Source: Candidatus Kuenenia stuttgartensis (GTDB lineage: Bacteria; Planctomycetota; Brocadiia; Brocadiales; Brocadiaceae). Taken from it: DNA of 32,000 nucleotides. The DNA lies in the NCBI RefSeq assembly GCF_900232105.1, contig NZ_LT934425.1, positions 90,001 through 122,000 of the forward strand. The letters are read 5' to 3'. The stretch's first letter is position 1, and every line of letters begins with the position of its first letter. The translations under genes and the position numbers were made by a program. Shown in pieces: positions 7,082-14,360 of this stretch. Under the pieces are notes generated by a model. That model was not told where the DNA came from and did no database searches. It saw nothing but the letters and a program-made list of their open reading frames with translations.

Positions 7082-7974
7082 GAATCCAGCTCCCCACTAT
7101 CAGCAGAAGAAAGGAGAACATCATAACTCACCACATGCCATGGTAAATTTGTTTGAACATATTGCAATTTGATTTTCAAATTAAAGGTCATTGAAGCGCC
7201 TATAACACTTGTTGGTTTTTGACCTCCCGTAATATCGATCATAATTTCTTCTTCTTTATATTTATTTTTCTTAAATTCACTGAGCAAAAACCATAGTGCG
7301 TGTGAGAGCCTGTCAAATTCTTCAAAATCAAAACCTTGATAACCATTTATTGTTACATCAGGAGAAAGTTGCAATAGTTTGTTTGTGTCCCCTTTTCGTG
7401 CTAATAGATAAAAACGAATCTGTCTAAAAGAATTATATTTTTCGCAAAGATGAAGAAACATATATACTTGATTGATAGATTCCGGTGAACAAATAAGAGT
7501 AACGGTTTCCAGAATACCCATATGATGCCGTATTGCCCTGAGCGGCATTTCCCATTTCCACAAAATTGGGTGTTGTGGTTCTTGTTTTAATAGTTCAATG
7601 GTTTCTATATCTTTATCTATTTCATAAATAAGGTGTAAACCCTTCGGAATTCCGTTTGTTTCCTCAAGTTTCTTCGGAAGATTTGAAAGGAAAAGAACAA
7701 GGTGTTTCCTTTTTTCAGGATTTTCATCATATGAAAAATATCGGGTACGAGGCCTGAAGAAAACATTTCTCTTTCTATACAATAGATAGGCCATAGAGAA
7801 AAAGAAAACAACAGAGACAATTTTTAACAATCGATGCAACATTATATTTTCTTTCGTCAGATATTCAAAAAAATCCCAAAAAACTTCGGTCGCCCATCCC
7901 GCGCTTAATAATACACATAGAGTAATAATAAACGGCGATAATTCTTTTATTCTTGTTTGTATCTTTCCTCTCAT
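7078..7974 (-). CDS. Membrane-anchored (2 TM) CARF-domain protein, Cam1-like architecture
   Basis: 298 aa. Hydrophobic helices at about aa 13-31 and 48-66. Beta1-like HLVLFLSNL at aa 91-99 and the CARF hallmark DITGGQKPTSVIGASMT at aa 247-263. It sits in a type III locus. Confidence 0.55.
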   Translation of the reverse strand: MRGKIQTRIKELSPFIITLCVLLSAGWATEVFWDFFEYLTKENIMLHRLLKIVSVVFFFSMAYLLYRKRNVFFRPRTRYFSYDENPEKRKHLVLFLSNLPKKLEETNGIPKGLHLIYEIDKDIETIELLKQEPQHPILWKWEMPLRAIRHHMGILETVTLICSPESINQVYMFLHLCEKYNSFRQIRFYLLARKGDTNKLLQLSPDVTINGYQGFDFEEFDRLSHALWFLLSEFKKNKYKEEEIMIDITGGQKPTSVIGASMTFNLKIKLQYVQTNLPWHVVSYDVLLSSADSGELDS

Positions 7975-8084
7975 TAGATTCGATTATCTCCATTATTTGA
8001 ATAAATACGGAAGGTAATGTTTCGTGCTCCTTCTGTTAAACCCTTGGCGGTGTTAGCGCTTATTGAACCAACCGATCTTAAGAG

Positions 8085-8228
8085 TTAATCAATTAAATTA
8101 TATGCACCTCTACCACGGGGAAATTTCTCAACATCAATCAGTGCCAATAAATATAAATTGTGTGCCTCCTGCCATACTTTCAATTCGGTAAAATGATGCA
8201 GTATGTTTTTATGCGTATTTTTGTTCAT
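8085..8228 (-). pseudogene. N-terminal fragment of a four-helix-bundle (23S rRNA IVS / S23-type) protein gene
   Basis: A 47-aa ORF, MNKNTHKNILHHFTELKVWQEAHNLYLLALIDVEKFPRGRGAYNLID*, has the family N-terminal pattern (L.VWQ.A..L......FP) but stops about 70 aa short of normal length. Confidence 0.5.
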
Positions 8229-8380
8229 CTGTCATCTGGCCACTCGCCTCTGGTAACTGTGTTCTGTCCCTACGACAACAGGCCAAACAAATGCAATGTT
8301 CAATTGTGAATGAAGAATTATCAATTCGTATCTTTCTGTATCCTTCGATTCATCATTGTTCATTCTCCATTCCTAATTAA

Positions 8381-8540
8381 TTTCTAGCCCCTTATTCATC
8401 AGGTCAATGTTTCCTAGGGTACCCTTTTTAACATCAATAAAGACAGCCACTTATAAGGCCAATTCCTGTTATCATCCCCTTTTTTTACGATAAAAAAAAT
8501 TCGTTAACCTATTATAAAATAAGGTTTTATATATAATTTT
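8381..8540 (-). other. Vestigial CRISPR module: one degenerate repeat plus a leader-like sequence
   Basis: 8381-8416 ttctagccccttattcatcaggtcaatgtttcctag resembles the 37-bp repeat (core tcatcaggtcaatg). The following acttataaggccaattcctgttatcatcccctttttt...aaaaaattcgttaacct resembles leader segments acttgcaaggccatttcctgtaacc...ccccctttt...aaaaaattgtcttaacct. Confidence 0.5.
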
Positions 8541-8645
8541 AGCCAATTTCTCACAAAAACGGCTCTACCACAGTATTTCTTGCCACGGAGAATACAGAGG
8601 GACAAGGAATAAATTCTCTTGTAGAAAACAAAATTCTTCTCCACA

Positions 8646-10031
8646 TTAAAGTAACGACTCAATTAATTTATTTACTCTGATAAACGGATTCTCAATTGCT
8701 TTTATATCCAGATTCTCTATAACAAGAACAAGTTGCTCTAAGGAAAATCCTGGAATTATTTTTTCTATTTTTTCTTTGGAAACGCCTTCAAAACCGTGTC
8801 CCAAGGGGCTTTTATTTCTTAGTGTATTGAGACGTTGAAGTTCTCTTAAAGTATTAAATATATTTGAGAAAGAGGTGTTCCCCTCGTTTTTTTGTGTAAT
8901 AAAATTCAAAATAGCCATCAAGGTTGGAACAGAAGGCTTGTTGTAGAGCAGTTTATTGTTTTCAGAAGGGTACTGCTCTAAATAAGGTATCAAACCCTCG
9001 ATATTTTGAATACCCCTTGAGTAATTTTCATAGGTATTCTTGTTTTTATCTGTGTCGGTAACTATTTCAAGATTTGTTTCAACAATGTAACGCAACACCG
9101 CTTCCTGAAAACGAAATAATCTTCCAAGGAAATCAAGATATTCCCCCTTTTTCCATTTAATCTCCGCATTAAAATAGAGTTCCAATATTAAAGATTTAAG
9201 ATCATGATCCAAAAGTTCCTGAAATTCCGATGTAAATACAATTAAAAGGTTTCTAATTTTGCCAGACACCTTTGCAATGAGTTTTCCCGATTGGCTCCTT
9301 GCCAAGTCGAAGTTGAAATTAAGTCGGTGACGAGTTATTTCCGCAACTGAAGCAATATCTTCCTGGTTCAAATCCCTTAAAAGAGAAGACGCCACGCTAT
9401 ATTCAAAATTTTCTATTTGTTTCAATACAAGAGCAATTTTGGAATTTTTAATAAGTTGTTTTCCTATTTGCAAGGGAACAACAATACCGCTACCTTCTAA
9501 GGAATAGACAGGTACACACTTTTGCTGAAAAATACTGATTGAGTGGAAGCACAACGCCATATTGCAGGCAGGTATTCCACCTGCAAGAGAAACGTAAATT
9601 TCATCAAAATGATCATCGAACATACTTTTTTTACCACTGAGAAATTTACCGAAATATTCGAACATTGAGTCATAAAGGTTAGGATTTGCATCTATTTCTT
9701 TGATAGCAACTTTCGTTATTGGTTTTTTACCACGATATAATTGTTGAATGCATTTTGCAAAGTAGAGAGTATCGTTACTTCGATAATGTTCTGCAGCATC
9801 CTCTTGATTGGTAGAAAAAAGCAATAATTCAATGTCGGAGTCTGGATTATTATCTTTGAGGTAGTTTATTATGGGGGATAAAATAGGTGTTGAGAGTTTT
9901 TCAGAGACACTTTTGAAGTTCTCGTTCATCCTTTCACCTTCTATCCTTGCAGGCTTTATTGCCTCACCCTCTAATTGAAGGTCGCGACTGCCTATATTGG
10001 CAATAAGAAGTATTTTTATTTTGTTATGCAT
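8646..10031 (-). CDS. csm6: Csm6-like CARF-HEPN ribonuclease
   Basis: 461 aa. Rossmann-like N-terminus (KILLIANIGSRDL, LLLFSTNQ, SLAGGIPACNMAL). C-terminal LRNKSPLGHGF fits the Csm6 HEPN R-N-x5-H-G-F motif. It follows csm5 in III-A order. Confidence 0.6.
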   Translation of the reverse strand: MHNKIKILLIANIGSRDLQLEGEAIKPARIEGERMNENFKSVSEKLSTPILSPIINYLKDNNPDSDIELLLFSTNQEDAAEHYRSNDTLYFAKCIQQLYRGKKPITKVAIKEIDANPNLYDSMFEYFGKFLSGKKSMFDDHFDEIYVSLAGGIPACNMALCFHSISIFQQKCVPVYSLEGSGIVVPLQIGKQLIKNSKIALVLKQIENFEYSVASSLLRDLNQEDIASVAEITRHRLNFNFDLARSQSGKLIAKVSGKIRNLLIVFTSEFQELLDHDLKSLILELYFNAEIKWKKGEYLDFLGRLFRFQEAVLRYIVETNLEIVTDTDKNKNTYENYSRGIQNIEGLIPYLEQYPSENNKLLYNKPSVPTLMAILNFITQKNEGNTSFSNIFNTLRELQRLNTLRNKSPLGHGFEGVSKEKIEKIIPGFSLEQLVLVIENLDIKAIENPFIRVNKLIESLL

Positions 10032-10038
10032 GATTATT

Positions 10039-10434
10039 TCAGGTTCTAAAGTTTAATATTTTGTTATCAATTTCACATTCGAAATCATAAAAATCAATCG
10101 CTAACGCATTACAATCGGGGCATTTCGCTAAAGTAATTGCAATTTCTGCAAATTCCTTTTTTAACCTTTTCAATCCTGATTTTGTTCGAATTCCATTAAC
10201 ACGTTTGTGGATTTCTATACATTCATCAGCTTCTGGTTCACATTTCTCACAACCTCTGACCCTATGAATGTTCGCTAAAAGAAAACAGCTAATTTCATAT
10301 TTAATGTCATCAATGTTTGTTACCGTATTAGCATCAATGTCTTTTTTGTTTTTTCTAGCAATAACGAATTCATATATAACAACTAAAGCAGCTACACCTC
10401 CTAGTATTGTGGGAATTATTATTATCCAGTCCAT
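10039..10434 (-). CDS. Small membrane-anchored Cys-rich protein of unknown function
   Basis: 131 aa. N-terminal TM helix (WIIIIPTILGGVAALVVIYEFVI) followed by RKNKK. The soluble part has C62-x2-C65 and C105-x2-C108 plus C50, C72, C120, H57 and H76. It lies 22 nt after csm5 and 7 nt before csm6 on the same strand. Confidence 0.6.
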   Translation of the reverse strand: MDWIIIIPTILGGVAALVVIYEFVIARKNKKDIDANTVTNIDDIKYEISCFLLANIHRVRGCEKCEPEADECIEIHKRVNGIRTKSGLKRLKKEFAEIAITLAKCPDCNALAIDFYDFECEIDNKILNFRT

Positions 10435-10456
10435 AATTTATTTAAAGAATATTTCT

Positions 10457-11626
10457 TCAAATATTATTTTCTACTACACACCAGCCTAATATAGCATAGC
10501 TTGAATGGTTACTTGTTATTATCCTTCTTGACTTAGGCGCAGGTGAATCTCCCCGATCTGTGAAGAGTATATTTCTTAAGTCTTGTTTCGTCTCTGCTGG
10601 CAGAAGCATTGCTACGGACGTCCCTAAAAGTCCCATGCCCCAACCCAGTCTAAAATTTGGAGTTTCATTTCCAAAATTTAAAATATTCTTCAGTTTCAAT
10701 TTTTGCGAAAAGAACGATTCTTCCTCTCTTAATAAATCGGAGGTCATTTCATTCACTGCTTCAAAGGGATTAGATAAAATTTTCTTTAGTTCTGAGAAGG
10801 CTACACCGAAGGAATTTGATGGGTTATTTTCTTTAAATTTATTTAGCAACCATTCGTCAATTTTACATTGAAAGGTAAATTCATTACCAGCAGGTATGCA
10901 TTCAACAAAAACAGACCAGTCTTTTGGGCTTTTAGCAGAGTCAGCACTGAATATTTTTACTTCTTCAAGATGTAAATTGCCGGTATCAATAGAGTTTGAA
11001 TCGGAAATCTGTATGCACCTTAAGATATCAGAATGCGGATCATATCGTTTCTGGTTATTTTTGATAACAAATTTTTGAAAGATTTCTTCGTCGAGTCTTT
11101 GTGCAAACCATTGTTTAAACCTTTCTTTAAACCAGGAATAGCCCTGCTCTCCTCTGGGATCTTTTTTATATTCCAAAAGTTTTTTTTGTACAAAATCAGT
11201 TAATATCTTTTTACGTAAAGTATCATTAAGTCTTTTTAAGATGACATACATTATTGACGTCCTTATCACCCCTTTTATGGCAGAACCGGGAAGATAAGGC
11301 TGTGAAAATGCATTTCTAATGCAGGATCTTATATTACCTTGGATATTGATGTTGCAATGACTGGAATAACTGGATGTTTTATCCAGGAATTCCTGTGTCA
11401 GGAGTTTTTTTTCTTTAAGGAAGGCATCAACGCTAAAATCTTTGCCTTTTTGTTTGATTCCGGTTAAGAAGTTATCAAGAAGTTGTCTATCGTACAGTTC
11501 TTTTGAGAGCTTATCTTCGTTAATGAAATAACATTTATTTCTAAAAATGAGATATTCCATCGGTAAAAAATTTCCCTCTTTTCCTCCAATGTGAATGGAA
11601 GAAAGGGTTTTAAGCTTCAATTTCAT
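10457..11626 (-). CDS. csm5: Type III-A RAMP protein Csm5
   Basis: 389 aa. LKTLSSIHIGG..., YLPGSAIKGVIRT, a C-terminal G-rich loop RLGWGMGLLGTSV, and the position after csm4. Confidence 0.75.
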   Translation of the reverse strand: MKLKLKTLSSIHIGGKEGNFLPMEYLIFRNKCYFINEDKLSKELYDRQLLDNFLTGIKQKGKDFSVDAFLKEKKLLTQEFLDKTSSYSSHCNINIQGNIRSCIRNAFSQPYLPGSAIKGVIRTSIMYVILKRLNDTLRKKILTDFVQKKLLEYKKDPRGEQGYSWFKERFKQWFAQRLDEEIFQKFVIKNNQKRYDPHSDILRCIQISDSNSIDTGNLHLEEVKIFSADSAKSPKDWSVFVECIPAGNEFTFQCKIDEWLLNKFKENNPSNSFGVAFSELKKILSNPFEAVNEMTSDLLREEESFFSQKLKLKNILNFGNETPNFRLGWGMGLLGTSVAMLLPAETKQDLRNILFTDRGDSPAPKSRRIITSNHSSYAILGWCVVENNI

Positions 11627-11636
11627 AATTGATATC

Positions 11637-12611
11637 CTATGCTAAAATTGGCACGGTAAAGGCAAGTCCATTTCTATAAACGGGATGAAAATCTTTTTTT
11701 TCTAATATTTCCGGTGTAACGGAAACAAGATTCCCTTGTATGGTTTGTTTGAACACTGAACCTTCAGAGAACATGCTTACTGTTTTTCGTTTGTATTGAG
11801 CTTTACTGAATGGAGTAGACATCCACCCTCTTCGCTCAATCAATCCATATGAAGCGCCTTCAATAAGACTCTCTAAAACCCCTTCAATATTCATGTGGTA
11901 AAGCGATAATGTGCAATGCGCATTGCCTTTAAAGGCAAGAAGATTTTTCCATTTTTCATTTATGTCTTCCCAACATAATTTGTATCTTCCCAATCCAATG
12001 TTTCTTTTTCCACCGAGCCCAGATTCCCCAAGGTATTCAAGGGACGACTTTATCTTCTCTTCAATGGATAAATCATTTATTTTGACGATGCAATATAAAC
12101 CGCAATCTTTATTGAATCTCACTGTTTTCATGCGGAATATTTGTGCATTTAAGGTTGAGCGATCAATGGTAGCTCGTGGAATCAAATCAAATTGGTAACA
12201 TGAGTCGTAGTCCGGCAATACTACTTTTTTGAGATAATTCTCAATTTTTTCTCTTTTTGCCCACTGTTCAAAAAGTTCAAAAGGTAAAAAAGATATATTC
12301 TTAACCTTTTTGCCAAATTCTTCGCGAATCTCAGCGTTTTCAAACCCAGGGGGAAGTGTATGTGGTTTGGGTAAAAAAAATGTTTCGTTGCTATAAAGAA
12401 AACAGGAGGTAATCAGAAAAGGAGCGGCATCTTTGAATTTGGCAAGCATGGATTCCATATCCGTTTTTCCATAGACTATTCCCCAAGCATGACATATGGC
12501 GCTAAATATGGTGTCGGAGTGAACCATTTCACTTGATTCTTCAACGCCGATTCCGGCTTCACCAAAATAAGCAGAAGTATAAAATTGAAATTTTGCAATT
12601 TTAGTAGACAT
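11637..12611 (-). CDS. csm4: Type III-A RAMP protein Csm4
   Basis: 324 aa. N-terminus FQFYTSAYFGE...VHSDTIFSAICHAW, G-rich LGESGLGGKRNIGLGRY, and the position between csm3 and csm5. Confidence 0.8.
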   Translation of the reverse strand: MSTKIAKFQFYTSAYFGEAGIGVEESSEMVHSDTIFSAICHAWGIVYGKTDMESMLAKFKDAAPFLITSCFLYSNETFFLPKPHTLPPGFENAEIREEFGKKVKNISFLPFELFEQWAKREKIENYLKKVVLPDYDSCYQFDLIPRATIDRSTLNAQIFRMKTVRFNKDCGLYCIVKINDLSIEEKIKSSLEYLGESGLGGKRNIGLGRYKLCWEDINEKWKNLLAFKGNAHCTLSLYHMNIEGVLESLIEGASYGLIERRGWMSTPFSKAQYKRKTVSMFSEGSVFKQTIQGNLVSVTPEILEKKDFHPVYRNGLAFTVPILA

Positions 12612-12620
12612 ACCAACCCC

Positions 12621-13418
12621 TTACAAAATATCAAACATAGATAATATTTCGTCAACATTCTGCTTGCATTCATCAATGGTTTTATTTTCCAAGATTGAAC
12701 TATTGCTTTTTTTGTCTTCTTCGGAGGTTGCCCTGTAGAATTCCAATTTTCTTGCCATGAATTTATCTATTGTAAAACCGACTTTGCCGTAACCTCTTGA
12801 ACCATGTCCTCCCAGATAATCGTCTTGCAATAAACTTATTAACTCTAAAAGGTTGGATAAATCTTTTTTTGCCTCGCCATTACTAGCCTCCACGTTATAT
12901 ACGATTTCAAACTCGAATTTGGCGCCAGCGGGAATACGCTCTAATTGTCGAGGATTTGCGGCGGCAGTAACTCTATCAAGTGAGTTTTCAAATTTCCATT
13001 CCGTGTATTGCAAGCCGGTATCAATTTTTTTTAATTTTTCTCTACTCTCTTCCTCCAATAAACAATCTCTGACAGAAAGCCTGGAAGGAAGATTTTCATC
13101 TGCATTACTTCCGGTAGATCCGAAAAGTCTACAGACGTAGCACTGAGAGTCTGTGCATTCATGCCTCCAAACGTCTCCCCCACCTGATCTATTAAACTGC
13201 TTATTCTCCATTCGCTCAAAAAGTGATCTTAACTTTCCTTTCAATGAACTTCCGGGTATGTACGGTTCTCTTGTAAGAGGATCTCTCATTACCGGTGCGT
13301 CGATACCACCAATATCCATTTTTTCTTTTGAGCCGCCAATATGAAGTCCAGTTTCACATTTTATCTTTCCCAGAATAAATATTTTTCCTAGTAATGGTTT
13401 TTCTTGAAGCCTTGGCAT
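12621..13418 (-). CDS. csm3: Type III-A backbone RAMP Csm3 (Cas7 family)
   Basis: 265 aa. GKIKCETGLHIGGSKEKMDIGGIDAPVMRDPLTREPYIPGSSLKGKLRS is canonical Csm3, including the DxP(V/I)xRD region. It also has C-terminal GGHGSRGYGKV. Confidence 0.9.
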   Translation of the reverse strand: MPRLQEKPLLGKIFILGKIKCETGLHIGGSKEKMDIGGIDAPVMRDPLTREPYIPGSSLKGKLRSLFERMENKQFNRSGGGDVWRHECTDSQCYVCRLFGSTGSNADENLPSRLSVRDCLLEEESREKLKKIDTGLQYTEWKFENSLDRVTAAANPRQLERIPAGAKFEFEIVYNVEASNGEAKKDLSNLLELISLLQDDYLGGHGSRGYGKVGFTIDKFMARKLEFYRATSEEDKKSNSSILENKTIDECKQNVDEILSMFDIL

Positions 13419-13436
13419 TATATTTTCTCCTTTTAT

Positions 13437-13871
13437 TTATGATTCCCGACCGCCATGATACCGATGATATGCAACAATCGACTCAACGAACTTGTGAAAT
13501 CTTTCAAAATCCTTTTCAACCTTAACTTTGTCCATACAGGGATCAAGAACTTCCATAAGGGGGACAACCTCTCTAGACCTGCCTGCCGCATATGCAAGTT
13601 TGGGCTTTAACAGAATTACTTTTTCCTTATAATGCAACTTAGGATTTGCTATCCCCTCGGCCCGTATGGTATTTACCATGTCGAGAAATTTACGAATTTG
13701 ATTTGTTTTGAGACGCACTTTGTTTGCGAGAAAGTCACCAACGTCTTCTGCGTATTTCACAAGATGCGATGCCGGCAAACTTCCCATATCTGGAAGAGCC
13801 TTCAATTCTTTCACTATGCCGTTTATTACAGAAGGTGGACCGCTTGGCACATTTTTTTTAAAATTTGACAT
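13437..13871 (-). CDS. csm2: Type III-A small subunit Csm2 (Cas11)
   Basis: 144 aa, helical. TNQIRKFLDMVNTIR and LLKPKLAYAAGR are Csm2 signatures. It sits between cas10 and csm3. Confidence 0.8.
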   Translation of the reverse strand: MSNFKKNVPSGPPSVINGIVKELKALPDMGSLPASHLVKYAEDVGDFLANKVRLKTNQIRKFLDMVNTIRAEGIANPKLHYKEKVILLKPKLAYAAGRSREVVPLMEVLDPCMDKVKVEKDFERFHKFVESIVAYHRYHGGRES

Positions 13872-13892
13872 TTGCCTATTTCCCTCTCATTA

Positions 13893-14360
13893 TTAATGAA
13901 GATTTTCTGCTCTACTGAGCAACTCTATCCATATTAAAGGAATTCTTAAATTAATAATATCATTCGGATTCATTAAAAAACTTTCAAATTTGTTTCTGTC
14001 AGTCTCATTTATTTTTTCGCTTAACTCCTTTCTTACTCTCGCAATTACATACGCCATTCTCGGCAGATATATGACACCTTCCCTTTCCCACAATTCAAAG
14101 AGGGAAAAGAGTTTGTAAATTAATCCATGCGCATATTCGGATTTAAAACGATTTTCATTTTGATCTATTTTGCCCATGGTTTTAAATAAATTTATGAACT
14201 TCAATACATCATCCGTAGTTTTGTCCCACGAAAAAACCTGCTTGATTGTATTCCTTGTTCCAAACCTTTTATTTTTTAACGCTGGATTATAAAATAATGC
14301 CAGGCTGTTCCGTCCTGAATCTTTTGCAAGATTTTCAGCGTCTCCTGCAAGATCTGCTAG
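13893..14360 (-). pseudogene. cas10: cas10/csm1 C-terminal fragment, separated by IS insertion
   Basis: Encodes ADLAGDAENLAKDSGRNSLALF... (the Cas10 AK..GKN region plus the D4 helical domain). The first 18 codons of track ORF 13893..14414 are IS-derived. Joined to 16365-18441 at a single CTAG it gives one 2541-nt in-frame ORF. Confidence 0.8.

Noticed and set aside
7617-9691. Nested same-strand ORFs 7617..7820, 9497..9691, 12476..12676, 13031..13219 and 24728..25042
   Set aside because: They are out-of-frame ORFs inside longer, motif-supported genes.
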